Positions 9,895 to 19,399 of a DNA stretch of 51,522 nt are shown here, piece by piece. The number at the start of each line of letters is the position of its first letter. The stretch's first letter is position 1. Source of the stretch: a virus (lineage: Duplodnaviria; Caudoviricetes); the IMG/VR virus record IMGVR_UViG_3300048851_000132, positions 1-51,522 of that record, one strand, 5' to 3'. The notes under the pieces were generated by a model that worked only from the letters and a program-made list of their open reading frames with translations, was not told the origin of the DNA and did no database searches. Position numbers and translations under genes: made by a program.

Positions 9895-10652
9895 AACTTG
9901 GCGGCCAGTTTCTGCACGTCCTCGCCTCCCTGGCTGACCGCCGCCTGTGCCCGGCTGAGGCGGCTCAGCCCGCCGGCGACGCTGTTGTTGCCCTGGCTGA
10001 TGCGCGCCAGTGGCGAGCGCGCCCCGGTCAGGTAGCGGCTGAGCTTGTTGCCGACGCCCGGGATCAGCGAGCCCACCGAGCCGATGGCATTGGTGGCGCT
10101 GCCGACCAGCCGCGAGGCGGTGGAAGTCCAACCGCGCACCGTGGTCTGCGCCTGCCTGACCGCATTCAGGCCGCCCTGCGCCGCCACTTGGAGGCTGCCC
10201 AGGAAGGAGCCTTCCGAGGCGGCTTCCAGGGCGCTGGCCGCCTGCGCGACCGCATCACCGGTGGCGATGGCGCTGGCCGGGTAGAGGCGCTGCTCGCCTT
10301 CGACAAAGACGAAGCTCAGCTCGATCACCCGGCCCAGCTCATGCCGGGCGGAGGTGCCGAACTCGACCAGGGAGACCTGGCGCAGGCCGAGCGTCGGATG
10401 CACCAGCTCGCCCGGGCCTTCCTGCTCGGCCGCCTCAATCATCTCGTCCTGCTGCTGCGCGACGTCGTCGCCCACCAGGTAGCCGACCAGATGCATGCGG
10501 CGCGCGCCGCGCCCCAGGTCCTCGACCCAGACCGCATCGCGGAAGGGGTATTCATGCAGCGCGGTGCGGCGGCCGAAGCGGCTCTCGGTGACCAGCACGT
10601 CGAATTCGATGCCGCGCCAGGAAGCCCGGCGCAGCTCGTCTCTCCAGCCCAT
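9891..10652 (-). CDS. DNA circularization protein (Mu gpN/gp43), N-terminal part
   Basis: W...LR.AS.RG..F, GRR...HEYPFRD..VEDLGR and GPGELVHPTLG motifs. Confidence 0.93.
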   Translation of the reverse strand: MGWRDELRRASWRGIEFDVLVTESRFGRRTALHEYPFRDAVWVEDLGRGARRMHLVGYLVGDDVAQQQDEMIEAAEQEGPGELVHPTLGLRQVSLVEFGTSARHELGRVIELSFVFVEGEQRLYPASAIATGDAVAQAASALEAASEGSFLGSLQVAAQGGLNAVRQAQTTVRGWTSTASRLVGSATNAIGSVGSLIPGVGNKLSRYLTGARSPLARISQGNNSVAGGLSRLSRAQAAVSQGGEDVQKLAAKL

Positions 10653-12712
10653 CAGAGCCCTCCTGCCATGGCGCGCTCGACCCGCACGCCGCCCTCGGAG
10701 CGCGTGGTGGTGGTGGCGCGGGTGCCGGGCGGCAGGCCTTCCAGCCGCACCTTCACATCGACCTGCTGTGGCGGCGTAGCAGGAGGCGCTGGGTTGGCAG
10801 CGGGAGCGGGCGCCGCCGCCGCCGAGGCGAGCGGCGCTGGGGTGACGGCCGAAGGCGCTGCCACTGGTGCCGGAGCTGCGGCAGGCTGTACCGCCTGCGG
10901 GGCGGCCAGCTGCGGCAGCATGGCGGTCGCGGTGCGGGCACGGGCGGCGGCCTCGCCCTCAGCGTTGGCCGGCCGCTCGTAGCGGCGTGACACCACCGCG
11001 CCGGCCTCGGCCGCCGTGCGGGTGTTGCGCAGCGCCTCGCCGGCGGCGCGCTCCTGGCCCTGCGTCAACTCGTAGTGGACGAAGCCGAGCTGCTCCTGGA
11101 AGGAAGCCTGCTGGATCGGCTTGCCCGCCCAGAGCCGGAAGGCGCGCTGCCGATCCGGGTGCCACTGCGCTAGGCCGAAGGCGCGGCCGCCATCGCCGCG
11201 CGCCTGGTGGTCCAGGCCGGCGCCGCTCTCATGCCGCAGGTTGGCCACCACGCCGGCGGACTGCGCCGCCGTCCAGCCCTTCTCACGGAAGAAGCCGAAG
11301 GCCTCACGCTGCCGCTCGGTGGCTTCCTCGCGGGTGTAGGCGCGAGCCGGGCCGCCCGGCGTCAGGTTGCGCCGCAGGGCGGCCGTCAGGCCGCTCAGCA
11401 GGCTGGGGGCGTCCGGCCCGGGGGTATCCACCGCCGGGGCGCCGTAGAAGCCACCCAAGGCGCCACGTTGGCCGAAGTTGCGCCGCTGCTCGGCCTGCTT
11501 CTCCGGGCTGTTGTCGCGCTGCTCGCCCAGCTTGTTCATGGCCATCACCCCACCGACGGCGGCGGTGATGCCGGCGGCGCCGGTGACGCCGAGCAAGCGG
11601 GCCGCCCAGATCGGCAGCCGGAAGGCGCCCAGCGCGCCGAGCGCGCCGACGATGCCGGTCAGCGGCGTCAGCAGCTGCAGCGCCAGCACGGCGCCCAGCG
11701 TCTTGGCGGCGGTCTCCCAGCCGCCCATCCAGGCAATGGTGCTTTCCACGCCCCGGCAGATGCCCAGGATCTTGTCGCCCAGCTTCTGCAACCCGCCGCC
11801 GGAGACAAAGCGATCCACGGCGCCGGCCAGCTTGGTGACGATCTCCTCGACACGCTGACCGATCATCTCGCGGTTGGCGGCGATCCAGTTGGCCAGGCGC
11901 TCCAGCAGCGGGCTGATCACCGGCGCCAGGCGCTGGGCAATGGTGTTGACCAGCCCTTCGCCGGCCATCTGCAGGTGCGTCTGCGCCAGCTCGAACTTCT
12001 TGGCCGCCTCAGCGCCCTGTTCGGTCACCAGGCCAAAGCGGCGGGCATCGGCCTCCCAGACGCGCAAGCCGGCCGAGCCCTGCTTCAGGAAGGGCAGCAG
12101 CGAGGCCGGCAGGCGCAGCGCCGACATGACGCGCGCCTGCAGGCGGGGGTCGGAGATCCGCGCGATGCCATCCGCCACCTCGGGCAGCGCATCGGAGGCC
12201 GAGCGCGCCTTGCTCTCGGCATCGCGCATGGCCACGCCGAGCAGCTGGAAATACTGTAGCGCATTGGCGTCGCGGCCACCCACGGCGTCCGACAGGGCGT
12301 CGCCCAGGCCTTCCATGCCGGAGGCCATGTCCTCGGCCGAGGCACCGGCCAGGCGGGCGGCGCCCTGCATCGCCAGCAGGCCGGCCACGCTGGTCTGCAC
12401 CCGGTAAGCCGTGTTGCTGAGCTGGGTGCCAAAGGCGGCCCAGCGGCTGGCCAGATGCACCACGCCGGCCACCGAGCCCGCCGCCGTCAGCGCGCTCAGC
12501 GGCGGGATGATCTGCGCCATGGAGCGGGCGACGCCGCGCGCGGCGGTGCCCAGCGCCGTCAGGCCGCTCACCCGGGCGACATTGCTGCCGAGCCGGGAAA
12601 AGCTGTTCTGCACCCGCAGCGCCGAGGCGTTGATGCGGGCTAGCGGCGCGGTGATGCCGTCCACGGCGCGCAGCGTGATGCTGAGGGCGCCGCCATTGAC
12701 CGTGCTGGCCAT
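10652..12712 (-). CDS. Tape measure protein with C-terminal phage tail lysozyme domain
   Basis: Ala-rich helical protein at the TMP position. GVVANLRHESG..GDGG.AFGLAQW..YERP motifs of the Phage_lysozyme2 type. Confidence 0.9.
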   Translation of the reverse strand: MASTVNGGALSITLRAVDGITAPLARINASALRVQNSFSRLGSNVARVSGLTALGTAARGVARSMAQIIPPLSALTAAGSVAGVVHLASRWAAFGTQLSNTAYRVQTSVAGLLAMQGAARLAGASAEDMASGMEGLGDALSDAVGGRDANALQYFQLLGVAMRDAESKARSASDALPEVADGIARISDPRLQARVMSALRLPASLLPFLKQGSAGLRVWEADARRFGLVTEQGAEAAKKFELAQTHLQMAGEGLVNTIAQRLAPVISPLLERLANWIAANREMIGQRVEEIVTKLAGAVDRFVSGGGLQKLGDKILGICRGVESTIAWMGGWETAAKTLGAVLALQLLTPLTGIVGALGALGAFRLPIWAARLLGVTGAAGITAAVGGVMAMNKLGEQRDNSPEKQAEQRRNFGQRGALGGFYGAPAVDTPGPDAPSLLSGLTAALRRNLTPGGPARAYTREEATERQREAFGFFREKGWTAAQSAGVVANLRHESGAGLDHQARGDGGRAFGLAQWHPDRQRAFRLWAGKPIQQASFQEQLGFVHYELTQGQERAAGEALRNTRTAAEAGAVVSRRYERPANAEGEAAARARTATAMLPQLAAPQAVQPAAAPAPVAAPSAVTPAPLASAAAAPAPAANPAPPATPPQQVDVKVRLEGLPPGTRATTTTRSEGGVRVERAMAGGL

Positions 12713-12873
12713 CAGCCTTCTCCTCGGCCAGCAGAGCGCCGGCGCAGCTCACCCACCCACCACAGCAGCCGCGTGATGGGCAGGCGGTCGATGTCAGACG
12801 GGCCCCACCCGGTCGCGAAGGCGAGTTCGCTGATCAGTTCCCGCCAGCGGTGTCCGGGGAGGGCGGCGTAAAA
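12712..12873 (-). CDS. GpE'/gpT-like tail chaperone extension (probable -1 frameshift product)
   Basis: LAFATGWGPSDIDRLPITRLLWW resembles the GpE family. It lies in the -1 frame overlapping the chaperone's end and has no clear start of its own. Confidence 0.65.
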   Translation of the reverse strand, partial: FYAALPGHRWRELISELAFATGWGPSDIDRLPITRLLWWVGELRRRSAGRGEG

Positions 12874-13151
12874 GGCGCGAAGTAGTCGGAGGCGCGCTCC
12901 AGCACCCGCTGCGGCAGCTTCAGCATCACCTGCGCCGGCGTGTTGGACACGCGCTGGATCAGCTTGACGGCCTGATCGAAGGGATCCGCGACCTTGCGGG
13001 CCTCCAGCAGGTCCTCGACCGTCGGTTCGCGCAGGGTCAGGCTGTCGTAGGTCTGCTGGTTCCACTCCACCGCCGGGAAGCGGATGCGCTTCGGCGGCAG
13101 GACGTCGAGGATCTCTTCCTCGACGGTCAGATCATGCTGCAGATCAGTCAT
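12834..13151 (-). CDS. Tail assembly chaperone (FluMu gp41-like)
   Basis: LTLREPTVEDL motif. Lies between tube and TMP. Confidence 0.85.
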   Translation of the reverse strand: MTDLQHDLTVEEEILDVLPPKRIRFPAVEWNQQTYDSLTLREPTVEDLLEARKVADPFDQAVKLIQRVSNTPAQVMLKLPQRVLERASDYFAPFTPPSPDTAGGN

Positions 13152-13512
13152 CGCGCACATCCTCACCCTCGAAGCGCACCGCGTAGGTGGCCTCGCTCGC
13201 GTCCACTTCGGCGGAATCGACATGGCACAGGTCGGTGCCGCTCACCCGCTTGCCATTGGCCAGCTGCAGGGTGATCGAGACCGAGACCATGTCCTGGAAG
13301 CCCGAAAGCGAGGTGCCGGCCTCGTCGCGCAGCACCGCCTCGATAAAGCCCGGGGTGACTTCCTCGCTGTAGCCATGGATGCGATCCATGCCCTTCAGCG
13401 TGGTGCGCTTGACCTTGGCCACGCCATACTTCGGCTGAGAGACCAGCGGATACTGGACACCATCGATCCAGATCCAGGCGCGCCCGGAGATGCGCTGCAT
13501 TGCGCCCGACAT
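13144..13512 (-). CDS. Tail tube protein (Mu gpM-like)
   Basis: G.A.I.IDG, G.D.IHGYSE...PGFIE and T.QLANGK motifs. Confidence 0.92.
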   Translation of the reverse strand: MSGAMQRISGRAWIWIDGVQYPLVSQPKYGVAKVKRTTLKGMDRIHGYSEEVTPGFIEAVLRDEAGTSLSGFQDMVSVSITLQLANGKRVSGTDLCHVDSAEVDASEATYAVRFEGEDVRDD

Positions 13513-13515
13513 GGA

Positions 13516-14988
13516 TTAACCCTCCGCGTTGCGGGGCTGAACCGCCACGGCGAGCTGCCGCAGCTGGTCGATGGGGATGATCGGCAGCAGCGCGTCCACG
13601 CGGCAGCGGTTGGAGCCGTTGCGCTGCACCAGCAGCGAGGCCTTGAACTGCTCGTAGTTCTGCACGAAGCCATCACGCTCCAGGGCGCGGTAGCGACCCA
13701 GGATGGCGTCACGGATGACGGCGGGCGTGACGATGTTGCTGCCGGCGGCGAAGTTGGTGCCGTCGCTGGCCAGCTTGAAGCGGCCGAAGGTGTTGGTGAT
13801 GAAGCCGCGCAGATCCCGGATCACATAGGCGATCGTGTAGAGCCGTTCGACATAGAGGTAGCTGTCGTCGGGCTGCCCCAGCGCGTTCTTCTGATAGGTG
13901 GTGACAATGGTCTCGGTGGTGACCGTGCCATCATCGCCCACCCTAAAGGCGCTCAGCCCGTCCCAGAGCAGCACATTGCGCTCGGTCATGGTGAAGCGCT
14001 TCTCCACCGGCGGCGCCAGCATGTCGAGCGCCAGGCCATGCAGCGGCAGGCCCGGATCGGCGCGCAGGCTGACGGCGCAGGCGCCGCAGAAGTTGGCCGC
14101 CACCAGCCAGGCCGGGGTCGGGCTGCCGTCGAAGGGCAGTACGCTGACATGCGCGTCGTTGCGTGCCAGGCCGAAGGTGGTGGCGGCCGCCAGCGTGCCC
14201 CGGAAGGCGGTGAAAGCGCCGCCATAGAGCATGCGGTCCCAGCTCCAGCGCGCGGCCAGGAAGCTCTTCATCGCGTCCAGGCTGGCGCTGTCGGTATAGG
14301 GCAGGGCGATGAAGTCGAATTCCATGTCACCCAGCGCCGCCAGCGCCGTGTCGAGCGCCGGATTGGCGGTGCCGCCACTCATCGCCGTCAGCGTCACCGC
14401 CAGGCCGGCCGGAGTGCTCTCGCCGCCGGCGGCGCCCCGGTAGTTCAGCCGCAGGTCGATGTCGTTGCCGGCCAGGCCCTTGTTCTTGGCGGTCAGTGTC
14501 ACCGTGCTGGTGGTGGCCGCGGCGGTCACCGGCAGATCGGCGGCGGCATTGATCGCGGCGGCGATGGCGGTGGCCACCTGCGCCGTGCTCAGGGCGGCGG
14601 AGACCAGCACCTGCACCGGCATGCCGGCGACGTAGAGGTTGAGCGTGCCAGTGACGGTCGGCGCGGCGGTGACGGCGAGGCTGCCGGTGGCCGCGACGGC
14701 CGCGCCGGCATCGGCCAGCGGCAGCAGGTAGACCTCGCCGAAGGAATCGCGCTTGCGGTACCACTCCGCCATCAGCGCCAGCATGGAGCCGGCGCCGGCG
14801 GCGGTCTTCGCGCCGGAGAGGCTGGACAGGATGACCGGCTTGCCGGCCTCCAGCGTGCCCGAGCTGAGCTGCTGGCCGATGATCAGCGTGCGCTGGTTCT
14901 GCTGGCCGCTGTTGGCGCGGCTGTTGTCCAGCTCGGCGAAGAACAGCGGCAGGCGCAGATTGGACGGGATCTCGCGGAAGTTCACCAT
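13516..14988 (-). CDS. Contractile tail sheath protein (Mu gpL-like)
   Basis: F..IPSNLR.PLF.AE.DNS.A, GAGSML..M, TAKNKG..GNDI and TTYQKNA.G..D.SYL motifs. Confidence 0.96.
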   Translation of the reverse strand: MVNFREIPSNLRLPLFFAELDNSRANSGQQNQRTLIIGQQLSSGTLEAGKPVILSSLSGAKTAAGAGSMLALMAEWYRKRDSFGEVYLLPLADAGAAVAATGSLAVTAAPTVTGTLNLYVAGMPVQVLVSAALSTAQVATAIAAAINAAADLPVTAAATTSTVTLTAKNKGLAGNDIDLRLNYRGAAGGESTPAGLAVTLTAMSGGTANPALDTALAALGDMEFDFIALPYTDSASLDAMKSFLAARWSWDRMLYGGAFTAFRGTLAAATTFGLARNDAHVSVLPFDGSPTPAWLVAANFCGACAVSLRADPGLPLHGLALDMLAPPVEKRFTMTERNVLLWDGLSAFRVGDDGTVTTETIVTTYQKNALGQPDDSYLYVERLYTIAYVIRDLRGFITNTFGRFKLASDGTNFAAGSNIVTPAVIRDAILGRYRALERDGFVQNYEQFKASLLVQRNGSNRCRVDALLPIIPIDQLRQLAVAVQPRNAEG

Positions 14989-15164
14989 CAGGCCTGGCTT
15001 TCCGTCTTCGGCGCGGGGGCCGGGGTGGTGGCCTCGACCACGTCGCCATCGGCGAGGCGGCGCAGCCAGTAATCGGAGCGCGGCACCGTCCGGCCCTCGG
15101 CGGGCAGGAAGTCGCGCAGCTCGGGGTCGCGCACGGCGAGCCCGGGCCCGGGTTTCAGCGTCAT
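14988..15164 (-). CDS. DUF2635-like small tail protein (Mu gp38-like)
   Basis: KP.PG..VRDP...LP.EG..V....YW.RR..DGDV signature. Confidence 0.88.
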   Translation of the reverse strand: MTLKPGPGLAVRDPELRDFLPAEGRTVPRSDYWLRRLADGDVVEATTPAPAPKTESQA

Positions 15165-15172
15165 GGGGGCTC

Positions 15173-15703
15173 CTATGGGGCCGCGGCGGAGGGGTCCGGG
15201 GTGACCCGGAAGAACAGGACGGGCTGCTCGCAATCGATCACCGGCGGCGGCAAGCGGTAGATCTCGTGCCAGCGCATGTCGAAGGCGATCAGCGCCTGGC
15301 CGAGCGCCCGCTCGCCGCTGCGGGCGTCGATGTTCAGCGTGGTTTTCACACTGGCGATGCGCTCGATGCGGCCGGTGTCGGGGTCGAGCAGCTCGGGCGC
15401 GGTCATCACCGCGATGCAGACCGCTTCGCAGAAGCGCTCCAGCTCCGCCTCGACTTCCACGCTGCGCCGGGAGGCGGCCTCGGTCTTGATCTGCACCGCC
15501 ATGGTGCAGGCCACCGCGTAGGTTTCGCTCTGCTGGTCGGTAAGGGTCTTTTCTTCCTCGTAGCCATAGACCAGCGCGGCGGTCACCTCGGCCTCCTGCA
15601 CCGGCCAGTCGCGGGCGCGGAAGACGCGGCCGCCCAGCTCGGGCAGGCGCCGCTGCAGCACGGCGGCCACGATGTCGCGCACACCGGCGCGGAAGTCGCT
15701 CAT
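15173..15703 (-). CDS. Putative tail terminator/completion protein
   Basis: Position between the head-tail joining gene and the sheath, with a GRVF..R.WP motif. Confidence 0.65.
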   Translation of the reverse strand: MSDFRAGVRDIVAAVLQRRLPELGGRVFRARDWPVQEAEVTAALVYGYEEEKTLTDQQSETYAVACTMAVQIKTEAASRRSVEVEAELERFCEAVCIAVMTAPELLDPDTGRIERIASVKTTLNIDARSGERALGQALIAFDMRWHEIYRLPPPVIDCEQPVLFFRVTPDPSAAAP

Positions 15704-16038
15704 GGCCCGGCACTCGCCAGAAAGCCGAGCGGCAGCACCAGCCAGCCCAGGCCGTCCGGCTGCACGTCGGTGATGTCGAAGGCGCGGCCGAGGATCTGCG
15801 CGCGATCCGTCGCGCGCAGCTCCACGCCGGGCGGCAGGTCGGCCTGCCGAATGCCCAGCACCGTCTTCTTGATGGAAAAGGGCGCGCCGTCCTCGCCCAT
15901 CGCCTCGATCTGGAAGCGGTCGAAGATGCCGTCGATCTCGATCAGCTTCTCGCCGCCGCGCTGGATCAGCACGCGGCCTTCGACGGCAAAGGCCTTCAGG
16001 ATGGCGGCGCTGGTCAGCGCGTCGAAATCAACAGCCAT
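15700..16038 (-). CDS. Head-tail joining protein (lambda gpFII-like)
   Basis: GIFD and DVQPDG.G...L motifs. Follows the major capsid gene. Confidence 0.75.
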   Translation of the reverse strand: MAVDFDALTSAAILKAFAVEGRVLIQRGGEKLIEIDGIFDRFQIEAMGEDGAPFSIKKTVLGIRQADLPPGVELRATDRAQILGRAFDITDVQPDGLGWLVLPLGFLASAGP

Positions 16039-16053
16039 GGCGGTGGCCGGCTC

Positions 16054-17088
16054 TTACGAGCCGACCTTGCCCCGCTGCAGCATTTCCGGCCGCGTGCAGA
16101 TATGCAGCGGGTAGGAGTAGACCTCCTGGCGCCACCAGGCATTGCGGTCGCGGTCGAAGATCGGCTGCACATAGATCGGCTTGCCGGGGGTGTTCACCCA
16201 CTCGAAGTTCTCGCCCGGCGCCAGCGCGCGCTCGAAGACGCCCGGGGCGCCGACGGGGAAGAACTTCACCTTGTCCGAGGCCACCGCGATGGTGCTGTTG
16301 TCGTTGGAGCCCTGGTAGTTCTTCCAGTCGATGCCGCCGAAGGGCATGGAGGCAAAGGCCGAACCCTGGCGCAGCTCCTGCGCCGCCTGCCAGTTGAAGT
16401 AGGTCTTCACCACGTCCTGGTGGCTGATCAGCGCATCCCAGAACTCGTCACCGCAGATGGCCTGCACGCGGGTGCTGGGCGTCCAGGCACCCTGCGAGGC
16501 GCGCATCATGGCGCGCACCACGGCGTTGCACTTCTTGCGCAGGTCGCCATCCTTGGGCGAGGTGGCATTCAGGTTGAAGGCGATCTCGGCCGGCTGGGTG
16601 ACGCCGAATTCCTCGAACCAGTCGTAGAGCACCGAGCCATCGGCATCGAGCAGGATGCCCTGCACGGCGCCGAGGCGGTGCAGCTCCCAGGTGTATTCCA
16701 TGTTGCTGGTCAGGCCGGTCGGGCCGGCGAGGCGCCGCGCCACCTCGGTCTGCAGCTGCATCATCACGGATTCCTGGCCGAACTCGCGGATGTTCTGCAG
16801 CTCGGAGGCCATGATGGTGTCGCCATGCGCCAGGCGGTGCGCCTCGAAATAGCGCATCGTGCGCTTCTCGGTGGTGCGCTCCTTCAGCGGCGCGCCGCGC
16901 TCGCTGGTCGGAATCACCGTCAGCTTGCCGTTGCGCTCCTCGACGGCCAGCGCCGTGGTGCGGATCGGCTTGTCGGTGAAGATGTTCAGCTCACCGAGGC
17001 CGGTGGGCAGATAGGGGGTGCGCTCGACGAAGGTCGTCAGCTCGATGGTCGAGAAGGCGTCGTCGCGGAACAGATTCAGGATGGTCAC
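16054..17088 (-). CDS. Major capsid protein (lambda gpE family)
   Basis: F..DAFS...LT, T.E.HR.GA..G..LDADG..YD.F.EFG and S.PL..CTRP motifs. GTG start with a GGAG RBS. Confidence 0.95.
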   Translation of the reverse strand: MTILNLFRDDAFSTIELTTFVERTPYLPTGLGELNIFTDKPIRTTALAVEERNGKLTVIPTSERGAPLKERTTEKRTMRYFEAHRLAHGDTIMASELQNIREFGQESVMMQLQTEVARRLAGPTGLTSNMEYTWELHRLGAVQGILLDADGSVLYDWFEEFGVTQPAEIAFNLNATSPKDGDLRKKCNAVVRAMMRASQGAWTPSTRVQAICGDEFWDALISHQDVVKTYFNWQAAQELRQGSAFASMPFGGIDWKNYQGSNDNSTIAVASDKVKFFPVGAPGVFERALAPGENFEWVNTPGKPIYVQPIFDRDRNAWWRQEVYSYPLHICTRPEMLQRGKVGS

Positions 17089-17220
17089 GGAGGATGCTCC
17101 AGCCGCTGGCGCCGCGCCAAGCGGCGCGGCCAGGGCATGCGAAGGGGAGGAGCAGGCGGTCACGCGGCGGCGAACTTGCGGATTTGCGCAAGTTCGCTCT
17201 TCACCGCGCGAGGCTGCGGA

Positions 17221-17607
17221 TCAGCGGGCGATGATGCCCTTGGCGCGCAGGTCGGCGATGCCGGCGGTCTTGCCGGCGGCATCCACCGCGGCGTCCCAGC
17301 GCAGCTCGGAGGCATTCACCTCGGCGTCGCGGCTGACGAGGGTGACCGTCTTCTGCCCACCGGCCGGCACGATCACCGAGCCATAGAGGATGCAGGAGGC
17401 GGCTTCGCTGCCATCGGTGCCGGCATTGTCGTAGGGCGCCAGGCTGCCGTCGGCGCTCAGCGTCGCCAGCACCAGGCCGGCATCCAGCACCAGGTCGGCG
17501 CCGCCAGCGTTCTTGATGATGCCGGTGTCGCGCGAGCGGAAGCCATTGGCTTCGCTGATCAGGAAAGCGCCGTTGTAGAAGCGCTCGGAGATGACGGGGG
17601 AGACCAT
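17221..17607 (-). CDS. Head decoration protein (lambda gpD-like)
   Basis: FLISEANG.RSR, AG.VL, DGSE.A..IL, R.AEV and GII.R motifs. Confidence 0.92.
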   Translation of the reverse strand: MVSPVISERFYNGAFLISEANGFRSRDTGIIKNAGGADLVLDAGLVLATLSADGSLAPYDNAGTDGSEAASCILYGSVIVPAGGQKTVTLVSRDAEVNASELRWDAAVDAAGKTAGIADLRAKGIIAR

Positions 17608-17622
17608 GGTGTCGGTCCTTCC

Positions 17623-18474
17623 TTACTTGCGGCCGATGCCGGCGCGCTGAGCGGCCGCATCCCAGGAGTTGGCCTTGGCCTGGCGGCCGGAGGGCGGCGG
17701 CGGCGCGAAGGCGCTGGGGCGGTGGCCGCCATAGGCGCCCATGCGCTCACCCAGGCCGCCGGTGGAAGCGGAGGCCTCTTCCTGCGGCAGGGTCTTCAGC
17801 ACGCCGATGGCCTGGCTGGCGCTCATCTTGGTGTTGAAGGCGAGGTTGGCGGCAGCGGCGACACGGCCGGCGGCGTGCTTGGAGCCGAAGATCGCAGCGC
17901 AGCGGGCGCGCTCGCGCTTGCGGGCGGCGCGGGCCTTGGGGTCGCGGTCGTCCTCGTCGTCCTGCCGCTCCTCCTCGTCCTCGTCGTCATCCTCGGCGGC
18001 GGTGCGGCGGCCCTTGGGACCGTCTTCCTCGTCGTCGTCATCCTCGGCGCGGCGGCCCTTCGCCTTGCGGCTCTTGGGCGCGTCGTCCTCGTCGTCGTCA
18101 TCCTCAGCGCGGCGACCCTTGGCCTTGCGGCTCTTGGGCGCATCGTCCTCGTCGTCGTCATCCTCGGCGCGGCGACCCTTGGCCTTGCGGCTCTTAGGGG
18201 CGTCGTCCTCGTCGTCGTCCTCGGCGCGGCGACCCTTCGCCTTGCGGCTCTTGGGCGCGTCATCGTCGTCGTTGTCGTCGTCCTCGGCGCGGCGACCCTT
18301 GGCCTTGCGGCTCTTGGGGGCGTCGTCGTCCTGGTCGTCGTCTTCGGCACGGCGGCCCTTGGCCTTGCGGCTCTTGGGCGCGTCGTCCTGGTCTTCATCC
18401 TCGGCGCGGGCGTGGGTGGCGGCAGGGCCGAGCAGATGCGCGAAGCTCAGGGCCCGCAGCATGGAACGGGGCAT
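17623..18474 (-). CDS. Putative capsid scaffold (Nu3-like) with charged tandem repeats
   Basis: Lies between the S49 protease and gpD. ERARC.AI..S..A.GR..A..LA..T.MS..A resembles the gpC/Nu3 C-terminus. Confidence 0.7.
   Translation of the reverse strand: MPRSMLRALSFAHLLGPAATHARAEDEDQDDAPKSRKAKGRRAEDDDQDDDAPKSRKAKGRRAEDDDNDDDDAPKSRKAKGRRAEDDDEDDAPKSRKAKGRRAEDDDDEDDAPKSRKAKGRRAEDDDDEDDAPKSRKAKGRRAEDDDDEEDGPKGRRTAAEDDDEDEEERQDDEDDRDPKARAARKRERARCAAIFGSKHAAGRVAAAANLAFNTKMSASQAIGVLKTLPQEEASASTGGLGERMGAYGGHRPSAFAPPPPSGRQAKANSWDAAAQRAGIGRK
17975..18406 (-). repeat. Coding tandem repeat, ~57-63 bp unit (AEDDD.DD.APKSRKAKGRR), 6 full + 2 degenerate copies
   Basis: Repeated CCCTT(G/C)GCCTTGCGGCTCTT core at ~60-bp intervals from 18056 to 18375. 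Confidence 0.95.
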
Positions 18475-18517
18475 CAGTACCTCGTAGGGGTCAGGGGGGC
18501 GCCGTGAAGCGGCGCGG

Positions 18518-19399
18518 TCAGAGCGAGCGGAGCAGATCCGCCATGGCGGCGTTCGGGGCGCGCACCGCGTCCGCGAAGCCGATCTCGACACCGGCGGCGC
18601 CGAGGAAGGTGCCGGCCTTGGTGCCGCGCACCACGGAAGCCTTCAGGTCCCGGTTGCGAGCCACCGTCTCGATGAACAACTCGCCCATCGTGTCGATATC
18701 GGCCTGCATGCGGCCGAGCGCGCCCTTGCTGAGCGGCTCGACTTCATTGCCCTCGGCCTTGAACTCGCCGTAGCGGATCACCGTGACGGTGAGGCCGGCC
18801 TTGCCTAGCGCCTGCGACATGTCGCAGTGCATGCCGATGACGCCGACGCTGCCGGTGCCGCCGGTGCGGGGCACGGTGATGTGGTCGCAGGCGCTGGCCA
18901 GCGCGTAGGCGGCCGAATAGGCGCTCTCATCCAGGATGGCCCAGAGCGGCTTCTCACCGCGCATGCGGAAGACCATGTCGGCCAGGTCGAAGCAGCCGGC
19001 GACCTCGCCGCCCGGGCTGTCGATCAGCAGCGCGATGGCCTCGACCTCGGGGTCATCCAGCGCCGCCAGCAGGTTCAGCCGGATGCCGTCATAGCCTGTC
19101 ATGCCGCTATAGGGGCGGAGCGTGCCGAGCTTCTGCACCAGGGTGCCCGTGACGGGCACCAGGGCCACGCCGTTGACCACCTCGTAGGGGCGGTCCTCGG
19201 CGCGGCGGCTGAAGGACCGGCCGCCCTCGTCTTCCTGGTCGAAGGCGCCCGGCTTCAGCCCCAGCATCTCGCCGCCTCGGAACAGATGGGCGATGCCGAG
19301 CCGATCGGCCAGCGCTGCCATCACCACCTCGGCCTTGCCGGGGTGGATGGCGATGGGGGTGTTGAAGAGCCGCTGCGCCAGGTGTGGGAAGTGGTTCAC
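18518..19399 (-). CDS. S49 family prohead protease (lambda gpC-like)
   Basis: IDSPGGEVAG, AYSAAYALASA and GSVGV motifs. Confidence 0.95.
   Translation of the reverse strand: MNHFPHLAQRLFNTPIAIHPGKAEVVMAALADRLGIAHLFRGGEMLGLKPGAFDQEDEGGRSFSRRAEDRPYEVVNGVALVPVTGTLVQKLGTLRPYSGMTGYDGIRLNLLAALDDPEVEAIALLIDSPGGEVAGCFDLADMVFRMRGEKPLWAILDESAYSAAYALASACDHITVPRTGGTGSVGVIGMHCDMSQALGKAGLTVTVIRYGEFKAEGNEVEPLSKGALGRMQADIDTMGELFIETVARNRDLKASVVRGTKAGTFLGAAGVEIGFADAVRAPNAAMADLLRSL

Noticed and set aside
9337-10652. Split DNA-circularization gene as a frameshifted pseudogene
   Set aside because: A clean ATGA stop/start overlap with both halves intact indicates a natural two-gene arrangement.
17975-18406. Regular ~60-bp repeats as a CRISPR array
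   Set aside because: The intervening sequences are near-identical Asp/Glu codon runs in an open frame, and there are no cas genes.
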